64,000 nucleotides of DNA, taken from positions 74,581-138,580 of the forward strand of contig VXSK01000023.1 in the NCBI GenBank assembly GCA_009838035.1. The letters are read 5' to 3'. The stretch comes from Gammaproteobacteria bacterium. Its GTDB lineage: Bacteria > Pseudomonadota > Gammaproteobacteria > Steroidobacterales > Foliamicaceae. The notes beneath the pieces are model-generated. The model was given only the letters and a program-made list of their open reading frames with translations. It made no database searches and was not told the origin of the DNA. The position numbers were made by a program, and so were the translations under genes. Shown piece after piece: positions 10,401 to 19,544 of the stretch (position 1 is its first letter; every line of letters starts with the position of its first letter).

Positions 10401-11387
10401 CTCGGTATCCCGCCAGTCCTCGCCGTTTCGCGCCGCCTCAAGCCGCGCGGCGGTCAACTCCGCGACGTTTCCCTCCCGATGCCATTCGAACTGACCCGCA
10501 AGGCGGTCAAAAACGTGGTCGCTCGGGCCGCCCGCGACCCACAGGTCCGCAAAGTCGAGTTCGCCGAAAAGCTGTTCGATTTCGGCGCCGTCGAGGTCCA
10601 CGAAAACGTTGAAATCGCCGGAGCCGATCAACGGCAGGCCGGCCGCTTCGGTAAGCAGTTCCCGTACTTTCGCGAGATTCACGGACCGGCCCTCCAGGTG
10701 CAGCCGCCAGCGCCCGGCGGGCAGAAAGGCGCGGGTCCATTGCGCCAGCTCGATGTCCGCCCCAACGCTCAGCCATTCGCCGTATTGGTCCGGCGGGACC
10801 AGGCGTCCGTCCAGCACGATGCGGCCATCCGCCGTGGTCACCGACAACCGCTCAAGCCATACGTTTTCGCGCACGTTCCGCGCCGGTTCCTCGAAATCGA
10901 TCCAGACGTCGCGCAATTGCAGCTCGGGCGGAACAAAAGCCAGCAGACGCGCCGGGCCGCCCGGATAGTAGGCGGGGTCGCGCCCCTGCACGGAGAAGGT
11001 GTCCGGGCCCAGCCGCCGGAGCGACAGCCTGGCGCCGACGATCGACATGCGGTCCAGGTTGAGGCCCGATCCTGGCAGGAGCGTCAGGAGATTGATGCCC
11101 ACCAGGATTTCGTCGGCCAGCAACAACGGTCCGCCGCCGCGCTCGGACATGACCCGCACGCCGCGAAGACGAAATTCGGGTCCGGCAAAGCCCCAGGACG
11201 GTTCGATCCGGGCGAACTCCACCGGATAGCCCAGCGCGTCGCTGGTCCACTCGGCGATCTCCTCCTGAAACCTCGGCGCGAGGGGCATGAGCACGCGCAG
11301 CACGCCCAGCAGCAGGGCCACCACGAGCAACGCCACGCATACGGCGCCGACCAGCCAGCGCAGGGCCTTCTTCAACGCGACGGGCAT
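7413..11387 (-). CDS. yhdP: YhdP/AsmA2-family large envelope protein (N-terminal membrane anchor)
   Basis: 1324-aa ORF with N-terminal TM segment (WLVGAVCVALLVVALLLGVL). Size and position upstream of tldD match yhdP synteny. Confidence 0.8.
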   Translation of the reverse strand: MPVALKKALRWLVGAVCVALLVVALLLGVLRVLMPLAPRFQEEIAEWTSDALGYPVEFARIEPSWGFAGPEFRLRGVRVMSERGGGPLLLADEILVGINLLTLLPGSGLNLDRMSIVGARLSLRRLGPDTFSVQGRDPAYYPGGPARLLAFVPPELQLRDVWIDFEEPARNVRENVWLERLSVTTADGRIVLDGRLVPPDQYGEWLSVGADIELAQWTRAFLPAGRWRLHLEGRSVNLAKVRELLTEAAGLPLIGSGDFNVFVDLDGAEIEQLFGELDFADLWVAGGPSDHVFDRLAGQFEWHREGNVAELTAARLEAARNGEDWRDTEISASWTLGPGGELAALQLEAGFVRLEDAIPPLLGIARELGVSPALLPVAGDVSDLSLSWESGGSFPPEIRAGFSGLSLQWPERGLTLAGIDGSLRHESGAGNADLSIPGAGDFAASWLDGPVSLTGAQAELSWRTGPDNWSIEGNNLRIGADGMDFAGRFSLSLPEGGSSPVLDLSGGGDRIEDLPAALALLPWQNTRGLPFGWLGRALHAGRADGWNMQLGGPLDSFPFGGAVLRVEMAIADGVLTVHEAWPDVTDLSGKLVLNGSALVILDSAGELAGVRWRDVRTDVRDLASPVVEVNGESDDPLPALIDGLARIPMADRIHPMLLNAETSGAAGTRVEFRLPIADRSAWEIFTETELGGGEMKLNDLIPAVTNLRGSIRFTRAGVRVRELQGRFLDQPLLIDVNRAPAGMAGYGYRLDLDGSATAETLEELFGCCALDRLDGQFAWDGSVLVPAMEAGPARPVRVRLETDLVGLGSAFPYPMNKPADEAGPTRLELLWGSGDLPRLTGRLGLGPGVALEFDDDGDGWRIRRGRLHFGDSLPRLPESPGLVVDGRVKRLRPAKWAEVLADEADSLDLPWALDLTAGEVYTMGNTLRDQSLRVRPRSDGWLVELQGDFADGRLFWPRAGAGNGQLLADLNRLKLTLRDPEPQPPANPRALPAGKVMLSDLVIGPMRLGDVRARYEKTAGGLAVNWFRTESAAFSSEGSAAWLVTDDEGAEQLGRLDMVLESTDVAAALEQLGYAPGISGDRGRMTLSASWDGPPSRGFLGRSNGTVRLEAELGEVAALDPGGGRMLGVLSLARLPRRLALDFREVTEEGLPFDRLAGDFSLREGQAYTCNMGLHGAVAELALFGRIGLEDRSYDQVAVVSPNLPDLLSLGGVIVGGTGLGATMLLLSQAFREPLQAISANYYRVGGSWDEPLVERVLREEIDLGAFDDCARYLEEHLTDMPEVDWDALLSQAQEEALPRQAGDSDSPDLAPGEPAADSGPGAP

Positions 11388-11401
11388 ATGCCGCCGGACC
11401 G

Positions 11402-11761
11402 TCAGGTTCCCGCGGCGGCGCTGTCAAACTCCCACAAGTCCTCCAGCTTGTAGAAGTCCCGCGTTTCCTGCCGCATGAGGTGGACCACCAGGTCGCCCAG
11501 ATCGATCAGCACCCATTCGCCCCATTGCAGGCCTTCCACGCCCAGGACGCGGTGCCCGGCCTTCTTGCTTCGTTCGGTCAGGCGATCGGCCAGGGCCCGG
11601 ATGTGACGCGCGTTACGGCCGGTCGCGATCAGCATGAAATCGGTCATCCCCGTTTGCGAGCGCACGTCGAGCAGGCGCACTTCGGAGGCCTGCAATTCGT
11701 CCAGGATGCCTTCGGCCAGACGCACCAGGGCCATGTCCGGCACGATGGAACGGGCGCTCAA
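11402..11761 (-). CDS. rsfS: ribosomal silencing factor RsfS (iojap family)
   Basis: 119-aa ORF with RsfS-like core (DFMLIATGRNARHIRALAD...WVLIDLGDLVVHLM). Follows nadD as in E. coli. Confidence 0.85.
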   Translation of the reverse strand: MSARSIVPDMALVRLAEGILDELQASEVRLLDVRSQTGMTDFMLIATGRNARHIRALADRLTERSKKAGHRVLGVEGLQWGEWVLIDLGDLVVHLMRQETRDFYKLEDLWEFDSAAAGT

Positions 11762-12417
11762 TTCTCACCTCCGGCGTAGGCGCCGGAATCCGAGATGATT
11801 CGCGCGACACGGGCCGGTATCAGGTCCTGCGCAAGCTCCCCCGACCGTGCCGCGCTGCGCACCCGGCTGGAAGAAACCGCCGCCACCGGCTTGCGGCAAA
11901 TCATGATGCGGCCGGCTTCCGATGCCCTCAGCTCCCGATGGTCCGCAATCGAACGCGACTCGATTTCCGCCTTGAGGGCCGCGGGCAGCGGTGCCTGATG
12001 GCCGGCGCGCGCTCCGACCAGTACGTGCGCCAGGTCGAAAATCGACCTCCAGCGGCGCCAGGTCGGCAGCGTAAGGAAGGAATCGAACCCCATCATCCAG
12101 CAGAGCGTGCGCCCGGGGTTCGCGCGCTTCAGGAACTCGAGAGTGTCCACCGTATAGCCAGTGGCGGAAGGACCCAGTTCGCACTCTTCCACCGAGAAAC
12201 CGGGTATGCCCTCCAGCGCCGCCTTGAGCATCCGCAGCCTGAGCGGCGCGGAGGCCACCAGGGCGGTGCGGTGCGGCGGGGTGGCGGCGATCACGAATCG
12301 CACCTCGGACAGCCTCGCCGCATCGGCCAGCCGGCGCGCAAGGGCGACATGCCCCCTGTGCACCGGGTCGAAACTGCCGCCCAGCAGTCCCAGCGCCGTG
12401 TCCCGCCGCTCGCTCAT
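11758..12417 (-). CDS. nadD: nicotinate-nucleotide adenylyltransferase
   Basis: Internal ATG at 12417 (MSERRDTALGLLGGSFDPVHRGH) carrying the HxGH nucleotidyltransferase motif. 4-nt overlap with holA. Confidence 0.85.
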   Translation of the reverse strand: MSERRDTALGLLGGSFDPVHRGHVALARRLADAARLSEVRFVIAATPPHRTALVASAPLRLRMLKAALEGIPGFSVEECELGPSATGYTVDTLEFLKRANPGRTLCWMMGFDSFLTLPTWRRWRSIFDLAHVLVGARAGHQAPLPAALKAEIESRSIADHRELRASEAGRIMICRKPVAAVSSSRVRSAARSGELAQDLIPARVARIISDSGAYAGGEN

Positions 12418-13439
12418 TGCTCCGCGCCCATGCGATGAGGCTCCGCCAGGCCGAAGGCCAGAAGCTGAAGTTCCGTCCACGGCTCTCCCGGCCGGGCGCC
12501 CTTGATGACCTGGTCGGCCCGCGCGGAGCGAACGAGCAACCGGCGGATGGAACGGGCGCCGTGGCGCTTCAGCGCCGAGCGGAACTCGGCCTTGCGGCTC
12601 GACCATACCCTGAGCGCACCCATGGCCGAGGGCAGGCTGTCGCCCCGCGCCGTTCGCCAGTACAGGTCCGCCAGTGTCGTGATGTCGCGAACGAGGACCC
12701 AGAGAATCAGGGTCAGAGGCGCACGTTCGCGCCTTAGCCCGGCGAGAATGCGCGCTGTCCGCCGCAGGTCCTGGCCCAGGGCGGCCGAGCCGAGCTGAAA
12801 TACGTCGAACCGGCTGGCGTCCGCGATGGCCTCCATGACCGCGTCCACGGACAGCGGTCCGGGATCGTGGGCGAGCGCCAGCTTGTCGATTTGCTGCCGG
12901 GCGGACAGCAGGTTGCCCTCGGTGCGCTCGGCCAGCAGCGTGACGGCCGCTTCGTCGGGCTGGAAACCCTCGCCGGCCAAACGTTCGCTGATCCAGCCGC
13001 GCTGCTCGCGGGCGGACAGCAGCGGCGCATCGACCCAGGTCCCGGCCTTCTCCAGCGCCCCCACCCAGGCGCTTCTTCGGGCGTTGCGGTCGAGCGCTCC
13101 GGCAACCACCATGATCAGATTGTCCTCGGGGACCGAGCCGGACAGTTCCTTGAGCACTTTCGCGCCGGCGGCGCCCGGCTTGCCGCCCGGCATCCGGACT
13201 TCGACCAGCCGCCGGCTGGCGAACAGCGATTGGCTGCAGGCGTCGGCGTACAACTCGCTCCAGTTGTAACGAGCGTCGGCCAGGTGAAGCGAGCGTTCGG
13301 AAAAGCCGCCGGCGCGCGCGGCGGCCCGGACCCGGTCAACCGCTTCGTCCAGCAACAGCGGCTCCGCCCCGGACAGCAGGTACAGGGGCGCCAGCCCTCG
13401 CTCTAGGGCGGCCGGCAGTTCGTTCGGGGTCAGGCGCAC
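12414..13439 (-). CDS. holA: DNA polymerase III delta subunit
   Basis: 341-aa ORF with HolA-like N-terminus (LAPLYLLSGAEPLL). Conserved holA-nadD adjacency. Confidence 0.85.
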   Translation of the reverse strand: MRLTPNELPAALERGLAPLYLLSGAEPLLLDEAVDRVRAAARAGGFSERSLHLADARYNWSELYADACSQSLFASRRLVEVRMPGGKPGAAGAKVLKELSGSVPEDNLIMVVAGALDRNARRSAWVGALEKAGTWVDAPLLSAREQRGWISERLAGEGFQPDEAAVTLLAERTEGNLLSARQQIDKLALAHDPGPLSVDAVMEAIADASRFDVFQLGSAALGQDLRRTARILAGLRRERAPLTLILWVLVRDITTLADLYWRTARGDSLPSAMGALRVWSSRKAEFRSALKRHGARSIRRLLVRSARADQVIKGARPGEPWTELQLLAFGLAEPHRMGAEQ

Positions 13440-13687
13440 GTATCGGCGAGCGCGACAGCTTCCTCGACCAGCAGCACCGGAATGCCTTCATGCACCGGGT
13501 AGAGCCAGCTGCGGCATTCGGAGACCAGCGCGCCTTCCATCGCCTGCGTGAGTTTCCGGCCGGCGGCGTTGCTCAACCTCCCTTCCCCGACGCCTTTGTT
13601 GTATACCGCAAGCTCCTCCGCCCCGGCCGGGCGCAGTTCGCCGCCGGTCCTCGGGCAACGCAGGAGCGACAGAAAGGATTCGTCCAC
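13430..13687 (-). CDS. Trm112/YcaR (UPF0434) family small protein
   Basis: 85-aa ORF with the LLRCPRTGGEL...YPVHEGIPVLLVEEAV pattern typical of Trm112p-like proteins. Confidence 0.7.
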   Translation of the reverse strand: MDESFLSLLRCPRTGGELRPAGAEELAVYNKGVGEGRLSNAAGRKLTQAMEGALVSECRSWLYPVHEGIPVLLVEEAVALADTCA

Positions 13688-13702
13688 GTCAGTGTGCCGT
13701 CC

Positions 13703-13951
13703 CTAGGGCCGGTCGATCTTGACGGGCGGCACCGGGTCCCAGCCCGATGGGCCCAGCGGGTGGCAGCGCAGCAGGCGGCGCAGGGACATCCCGAAGCCGC
13801 GCGGCAGGCCGTGAGTTTCGATGGCTTCCCTGGCGTATTGGGAACAGGTCGGCTGGAAGCGGCAGCGGGGACCCAGGAAAGGAGACACGCAAAGCTGGTA
13901 GGCGCGGATCAGCGCAATGGCCCCGGCTTTCAAAAGTGACACTAGAGACAT
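13703..13951 (-). CDS. yidD: membrane protein insertion efficiency factor YidD
   Basis: 82-aa product from the ATG at 13951. Diagnostic motif [15 protein letters not shown]...RLLRCHP. Confidence 0.8.
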   Translation of the reverse strand: MSLVSLLKAGAIALIRAYQLCVSPFLGPRCRFQPTCSQYAREAIETHGLPRGFGMSLRRLLRCHPLGPSGWDPVPPVKIDRP

Positions 13952-14376
13952 TTTACGGCCCGCTGCCGGATTTCGTTCACCATGGAATGCAGGCCGTTGC
14001 TGCGGGTCGGGCTCAGGTGCCGGTCCAGGCCGGCCCCGGCGATGAAGTCGGGCGGCGTCTCCACGATCTCCGCCGGGCGCCGCCCGCTGTAAACGCGCAT
14101 CAGGATCGCCGCCAGCCCGGAAACGATCGCGGAATCGCTGATCGCAAGAAAGTAAAGGCGCCCTTCGTCCTGCCAGGACTTCAGCCACACCTGGGACTGG
14201 CAGCCGCGCAGGCGATTGTCCTCGATCCGCCACTCGTCGGGAAAGTCGGGCGCATTGCGGCCCAGTTCGATAATGTGCTGATAGCGCTCCATCCAGCTGT
14301 CGAAAAAGCCAAGCTCTTCGAGCAGTTCTTCCTGGGCGTCCCGCAGAGTTCCGGGGGACGGCGGTTCGACGCTCAC
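13942..14376 (-). CDS. SufE/CsdE-family sulfur acceptor protein
   Basis: GTG start at 14376 overlaps the hisI stop (GTGA). Conserved Cys motif [10 protein letters not shown]. Confidence 0.75.
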   Translation of the reverse strand: MSVEPPSPGTLRDAQEELLEELGFFDSWMERYQHIIELGRNAPDFPDEWRIEDNRLRGCQSQVWLKSWQDEGRLYFLAISDSAIVSGLAAILMRVYSGRRPAEIVETPPDFIAGAGLDRHLSPTRSNGLHSMVNEIRQRAVKCL

Positions 14377-14843
14377 AATCGGGTGGGGTTTTCCTGCCCG
14401 GCGTAAACCTGCTCCGGATCGAACACCTTGTCGCTCTCGGTGAATTCCAGCTCGACCGGCCCGCCGCCAGAAGTCAGCGGCACCCGGCGATAGAAGCAGG
14501 ACCGGTAACCCACGTGGCAGCTCGCGCCGCCGGTCAGTTCCACCCGCAGCCATACGCAGTCCTGATCGTCGTCGATCAGCAGTTCGCGCACCCGCTGCTT
14601 CAGACCGCTGGTTTCCCCCTTGCGCCAGAGCTTGTTGCGGCTGCGGCTGAAGTAGTGCGCCTCGCCCGTGGCGATGGTCAGCTCGAGCGCCTCGCGGTTC
14701 ATGTAGGCGTGCATCAGCAATTCCCCGCTGCCGTGGTCCGTGACCACGGCCGGGATCAGACCGTTGGCGTCGAATTTCGGCGCCAGCTCGGCGCTTTCTT
14801 CCACCTGGACCACGGTCCGCCGGGGCGCAAACAGTTCGCTCAT
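14373..14843 (-). CDS. hisI: phosphoribosyl-AMP cyclohydrolase (monofunctional)
   Basis: 156-aa ORF with the HisI core (LIPAVVTD...[17 protein letters not shown]...DCVWLRVE...CHVGYRSCF). Confidence 0.85.
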   Translation of the reverse strand: MSELFAPRRTVVQVEESAELAPKFDANGLIPAVVTDHGSGELLMHAYMNREALELTIATGEAHYFSRSRNKLWRKGETSGLKQRVRELLIDDDQDCVWLRVELTGGASCHVGYRSCFYRRVPLTSGGGPVELEFTESDKVFDPEQVYAGQENPTRL

Positions 14844-14850
14844 GGCTCAA

Positions 14851-16233
14851 TCATAGCGCCGTCCGGCGCCAGGTCGTGCCTTGCGGACCGTCTTCCAGGA
14901 TCACGCCGCGTCCGGCGAGCTCATCGCGGATGCGATCGGCCGCGGCATAGTCGCCGGCCGCACGCTCCCCGGCCCGCTCGGCGATACGCGTTTCTATTTC
15001 CTCGGCGGTGAGTTCCGGTTCGCTCTCCACGGCCGTAAACCACTCCGCGGGATCGGTCTGAAGAATGCCCAAAAGAAAGCCGCCGGCCTTGAGCGCAGCC
15101 GCCCCCACGACCGGTTCCACGGCCCCGGCCCGCAGCTTGCGCGCCTCCGCGGCCAGCACGCTCAGCGCCGCCGGCGTGTTGAGGTCGTCCTCGAGCGCCT
15201 GAACGAATTCCGCCGACGGCTCCGCTGCGCGTGAATGCCCTTCCTCCCGGGTTTCAGTGGCGCAGTCGAGCAGAACGCGATACAGGCGGTCCAGACGCTG
15301 CCGGGACGCCGCAACCAGCTCGTCGCTCCACTCCAGCGGGTCCCGGTAACGCGCGCTCAGAAGCGCCAGCCGCAGAACCTCGCCCGGGACTTTCCCGCGC
15401 AGTTCGCGGATTGTCAGGATGTTTCCCCGGGACTTGGCCATCTTCGACTTGCCCATGCGGATCATGCCGTTGTGCATCCAGTAGCGGGCCAGCGGGGCGC
15501 CGTGCGCACAGCGGCTCTGCGCGATTTCGTTCTCATGGTGCGGAAAGATCAGGTCCCGGCCCCCTCCGTGAATGTCGATCGTTTCTCCCAGGTGTTCGCG
15601 GGCCATGGCCGAGCACTCGAGGTGCCAGCCGGGGCGCCCGCGTCCCCACGGACTTTCCCAGCCGGGCAGTTCTTCTGAAGACGGCTTCCACAGCACGAAG
15701 TCGGCCGGATCCTCCTTGTACGGCGCAACCTCCACGCGGGCGCCGGCAATCTGCTCGTCACGATTGCGCCCGGAAAGCTCGCCGTAAGCGGCATACGCGC
15801 CCACCCGGAACAGCACGTGGCCCTCCGCCTCGTAGGCATGCCCCGACTTCAGCAGGCTCTTGACCAGGCCGATCATTTGCGGCACGTGTTCCGTCGCGAG
15901 AGGTTGCCGGTCCGGCGCAAGCACGCCCAGCCCGGCTATGTCTTCCCGCCAGGTCCGGATCCAACGCTGCGCGACCCTCGCGATCGGCACGCCCTTCTCG
16001 GCGGCCGCCTGGTTGATCTTGTCGTCCACGTCCGTGATATTGCTGGCGTAAACGAGGTTGTAGCGGCGGCGCAAAAGGCGCGCCAGCACGTCGAACACCA
16101 CGGCCGGGCGGGCGTTGCCGATGTGGGCGGGACCATAGACCGTCGGTCCGCACACGTACATGGTCACGCGGTCCCCGTCGCCGGGAACAAAGGGCTGGCG
16201 CTCGCCGCCCAGGGTGTTGTAGAGGCTGATCAT
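14851..16233 (-). CDS. cysS: cysteine--tRNA ligase
   Basis: 460-aa ORF with the HIGH-type motif (PAHIGNARP) and the KMSKS-type motif (KMAKSRGN). Confidence 0.95.
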   Translation of the reverse strand: MISLYNTLGGERQPFVPGDGDRVTMYVCGPTVYGPAHIGNARPAVVFDVLARLLRRRYNLVYASNITDVDDKINQAAAEKGVPIARVAQRWIRTWREDIAGLGVLAPDRQPLATEHVPQMIGLVKSLLKSGHAYEAEGHVLFRVGAYAAYGELSGRNRDEQIAGARVEVAPYKEDPADFVLWKPSSEELPGWESPWGRGRPGWHLECSAMAREHLGETIDIHGGGRDLIFPHHENEIAQSRCAHGAPLARYWMHNGMIRMGKSKMAKSRGNILTIRELRGKVPGEVLRLALLSARYRDPLEWSDELVAASRQRLDRLYRVLLDCATETREEGHSRAAEPSAEFVQALEDDLNTPAALSVLAAEARKLRAGAVEPVVGAAALKAGGFLLGILQTDPAEWFTAVESEPELTAEEIETRIAERAGERAAGDYAAADRIRDELAGRGVILEDGPQGTTWRRTAL

Positions 16234-16748
16234 GGCCCGCCGGTTACGGCGGGAGCGGGAAGCGTGGCCAGGTCGCGGAGTATCTGCCAGGCCAGTTCCT
16301 CGGCCAGGGCGTCGCGCAGGACCTCCGTCTCGCGCTCCATTCCCAGCACCCGGAACTCGTCCTGCACGCGGGTGTGGTTCACTTCACGCTCGCGGTCTTC
16401 GATCAGCCTCGCCGGGCCGAGCCTGAGCGTGTAGCGCACGCGATAGCTGATTTCCGTGACCGTGGGCAGATTGTTCGCGGAAATCGCCACAAGGCTCTCT
16501 TCGCTCTCGTCGTCCAGCAGACGCAGGATTGCAACGTCCTCCCCGGGCTCGCCGTGCACCGCGACCCCGGCCAGGCGCAATTGCTCGTTCAGGGCGCGCC
16601 GAAGCGGCGTCGACCCATGCGCGCTTTGCAGCCAGATGCCGCCGGACAGCGCCGGGAACTCAAGCGGCCCCTGAAACTGAAAGCCGCAGGCCGCGAGCAG
16701 GAGCGACAGCGCGCACAAGGCGGCGCCGCGTGGCAGAAAGGCCCACAT
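16230..16748 (-). CDS. lptE: LPS-assembly lipoprotein LptE
   Basis: ATG at 16748 gives a lipoprotein signal with lipobox (LSLLLAAC). It sits directly downstream of leuS as in other Gammaproteobacteria. The longer ORF-track extension to 17369 lies inside leuS. Confidence 0.75.
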   Translation of the reverse strand: MWAFLPRGAALCALSLLLAACGFQFQGPLEFPALSGGIWLQSAHGSTPLRRALNEQLRLAGVAVHGEPGEDVAILRLLDDESEESLVAISANNLPTVTEISYRVRYTLRLGPARLIEDREREVNHTRVQDEFRVLGMERETEVLRDALAEELAWQILRDLATLPAPAVTGGP

Positions 16749-16753
16749 GAGAT

Positions 16754-19360
16754 TCACACCACGAAATTCACGACCCGGCCCGGCACATACACTTCCCGCA
16801 GGATCGGTATTTCCGCCAGGTGGGCGGCCACCCGCTCGTTGCCGCGAGCAGCGGCGAGCACGTCGGCGCGCTCGGCGCCGGCCGCCACCCGGATGCTGGC
16901 GCGAAGCTTGCCGTTGATCTGAACCGCGATTTCCACGGTCTCCTCCCTGAGCCATTCTTCGCGCGCCTCCGGCCAGGGTGCAGTGGCCAGCGATTCGGCG
17001 TGGCCCAGTCGTTCCCAGAGCTCTTCGCCCATGTGCGGCGCGAAGGGGCTGATCAGCAGCACCAGCGGCTCGGCGACGCCGCGCGGCAGTTCGTCCCAGC
17101 GCGCGGCTGCGTTGACCATTTCCATCAACGCGGCGATGGCCGTATTGAGCCGCAGTGTCCGGATGTCCTCGGTGACCTTCGCGATGGTGCGATGCAGAAG
17201 CCGCATCTGCTCGGCGTCCGGTTCCGTTTCGGCCACCCCGCGCTCGAGCAGCGACCACAGCCGGTTGAGGAACCGGTGCGGACCCTCCACCCCGCGGGTG
17301 CTCCAGGGCTTGGACTTCTCCAGCGGCCCCAGGAACATCTCGTAGAGGCGAAATGCGTCGGCGCCGCAATGGCTCAGGACGTCGTCGGGATTGACTACGT
17401 TGCCGCGCGACTTGGACATCTTGTGGGCGCGCGATTCGAGGACCACGGTCGCATCCGCGGTCAGGACAAAATTCTCCCCGCTTTTCAGCACGTCGTCCTC
17501 ACTGACGGCCACGGGTTCAAGTTCCTCGCCGCTGTCCTTCTCCACGTAGGCTGCCGGTTGCGAACCGCTCACGCGGCGCGCGCGTTCGGCCGAGACCAAC
17601 GCGCCGGCATCGTCCCTGTAGGCGGTGTATTCGCGCTCGCCGAGAATCACGCCCTGGTGCACGACCTTGCGGAAAGGTTCGTCGCAGGACACCAGGCCCG
17701 CGTCGTACAGCACCTTGTGCCAGAACCGCGCGTAGAGGAGATGCAGCACGGCGTGTTCGGCGCCGCCGATGTACAGATCGACCGGCATCCAGTAGCGCTC
17801 GAGTTCCGGATCCACGAGGCGGCTCGGATTGTGGGGATCGATGAAGCGCAGGTAGTACCAGCACGAGCCCGCCCATTGCGGCATCGTGTTGGTCTCGCGG
17901 CGCGCCGGCCTGCCGCTGGAAGGATCGACCGTTTCCAGCCAGTCCGCGGCCTTGGCCAGCGGCCCTTCCGGAGAACCGCTGGGCCGGAAGTCCTCCAGGT
18001 CCGGGAGCGTCAGCGGCAGTTCGGTTTCCGGCAGGGGACGCGCAACGCCGTCCACGAACACGACCGGAAACGGCTCGCCCCAGTAGCGCTGGCGGCTGAA
18101 CAGCCAGTCGCGCAGGCGGTATGCGATTCTCGGCCGGCCCCGGCCGCGCCGGTTAAGCCAGTCCACCGCGGCCTGTTTGGCCTCCTCCATGCGCATGCCG
18201 TTCAGGAAATCGCTGTTGATCGCCACGCCCTCGCCGCTGAAGGCCGCGTCCTCGTAGCCCTCCGGCGGTTGAACGGTGCGCACGACCTTCAGAGAATGCT
18301 CGAGGGCGAACTCCCAGTCGCGCTGGTCCTCGCCGGGAACGCCCATGATGGCCCCGGTGCCGTAGCCCATCAGCACGTAGTCGGCCACCCATACCGGGAC
18401 CTCATCGCCGGTGACCGGATGCCGGGCCCGCGCCCCCGTGTCCACGCCGTTGCGGTCGTGCGCGTCGGCCGCGCGGTCGCGCTGGCTCTTGCGCGCCGCT
18501 TCGCGGCAATAGCGCCGCACCCCGTCGATGCGCTCGGGGGTCGCGAGATTCTCGACCAGCGGATGCTCCGGCGACAGCGCCAGGAAAGTGGCGCCGAAGA
18601 TCGTGTCGGGGCGGGTGCTGAATACCCGGATCTTTTCGCCGCTCCCGATCAGCTCGAAGTCGATCTCCGCGCCCACCGAGCGGCCGATCCAGTTGCGCTG
18701 CATCTCCAGCGTGGATTCCGGCCAGTCCAGGCCGTCCAGGCCGTCCAGCAGGCGCTCCGCGTAATCGGTGATCCGGAGCATCCACTGCCTGAGCGGCCGA
18801 CGTTCGCAGGCGAAACCGCCGACTTCCGAACCCCCTTCCACGATTTCCTCGTTGGCCAGCGTGGTGCCGAGTTCGGGGCACCACCAGACCGGCTGCTCGT
18901 CCTGGTAGGCGAGACCGCGCTCGTGGAGCTTGAGGAATATCCACTGCGTCCAGCGGTAATAGTCCGGGTCGGCGGTGCTCAACTCGCGCGACCAGTCGTA
19001 CGAGAACCCCAGCGATTTCAGTTGCGTGCGGAACCGGTCGATGTTCCGGCGCGTGGTCACCCGCGGATGCGTGTTGGTGCGCACCGCGTACTGCTCGGCC
19101 GGCAGGCCGAAGGCGTCCCAGCCGATCGGGTGAAGGACGTTGTATCCGCGCATGCGCTTGTAACGGGCAACGATATCGGTCGCCGTGTAGCCCTCCGGGT
19201 GGCCGACGTGCAGGCCGGCGCCGCTGGGATAGGGGAACATGTCGAGGATGTAGGCCTTGGGCCGCGAATGATCGGGCCGGGCCGGCGTCCTGAACGTTTC
19301 GTCACGCTCCCAGCGCGCTTGCCACTTCGGTTCGATTTCGGCGAACGGATACGAACTCAT
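16754..19360 (-). CDS. leuS: leucine--tRNA ligase
   Basis: 868-aa ORF with HVGHPEGY (HIGH) and KMSKSRGN (KMSKS) motifs. Confidence 0.95.
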   Translation of the reverse strand: MSSYPFAEIEPKWQARWERDETFRTPARPDHSRPKAYILDMFPYPSGAGLHVGHPEGYTATDIVARYKRMRGYNVLHPIGWDAFGLPAEQYAVRTNTHPRVTTRRNIDRFRTQLKSLGFSYDWSRELSTADPDYYRWTQWIFLKLHERGLAYQDEQPVWWCPELGTTLANEEIVEGGSEVGGFACERRPLRQWMLRITDYAERLLDGLDGLDWPESTLEMQRNWIGRSVGAEIDFELIGSGEKIRVFSTRPDTIFGATFLALSPEHPLVENLATPERIDGVRRYCREAARKSQRDRAADAHDRNGVDTGARARHPVTGDEVPVWVADYVLMGYGTGAIMGVPGEDQRDWEFALEHSLKVVRTVQPPEGYEDAAFSGEGVAINSDFLNGMRMEEAKQAAVDWLNRRGRGRPRIAYRLRDWLFSRQRYWGEPFPVVFVDGVARPLPETELPLTLPDLEDFRPSGSPEGPLAKAADWLETVDPSSGRPARRETNTMPQWAGSCWYYLRFIDPHNPSRLVDPELERYWMPVDLYIGGAEHAVLHLLYARFWHKVLYDAGLVSCDEPFRKVVHQGVILGEREYTAYRDDAGALVSAERARRVSGSQPAAYVEKDSGEELEPVAVSEDDVLKSGENFVLTADATVVLESRAHKMSKSRGNVVNPDDVLSHCGADAFRLYEMFLGPLEKSKPWSTRGVEGPHRFLNRLWSLLERGVAETEPDAEQMRLLHRTIAKVTEDIRTLRLNTAIAALMEMVNAAARWDELPRGVAEPLVLLISPFAPHMGEELWERLGHAESLATAPWPEAREEWLREETVEIAVQINGKLRASIRVAAGAERADVLAAARGNERVAAHLAEIPILREVYVPGRVVNFVV

Positions 19361-19406
19361 GGCCGTGAATTGTACGGGCCGCCGACAGGCATCTTCGCTG
19401 GTGCGC

Positions 19407-19505
19407 GGAGCTTTCAGCCGCCCCTACGTTCGGGAGACGCCATCCCTGGCTCGGAATCGCTATCCTGCTTTTACGCTCCCAAACGTAGGGGCGGCTGAAA
19501 GCTCC
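19407..19505. repeat. hairpin repeat copy A: 24-bp perfect arms + 51-nt conserved core
   Basis: Arms GGAGCTTTCAGCCGCCCCTACGTT (19407..19430) and AACGTAGGGGCGGCTGAAAGCTCC (19482..19505) are exact reverse complements. The core is CGGGAGACGCCATCCCTGGCTCGGAATCGCTATCCTGCTTTTACGCTCCCA. Confidence 0.8.
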
Positions 19506-19544
19506 TAAAGGCGCAGCGCCAGCCCGTCCACCGCGCCGGCCAAA

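Noticed and set aside
16820-19498. 892-aa plus-strand ORF covering the whole leuS locus.
   Set aside because: It is antisense to a leuS gene that has unambiguous HIGH/KMSKS motifs. The product is Arg/Ala/Gly/Pro-rich low-complexity sequence, as expected for stop-free antisense frames in GC-rich DNA.
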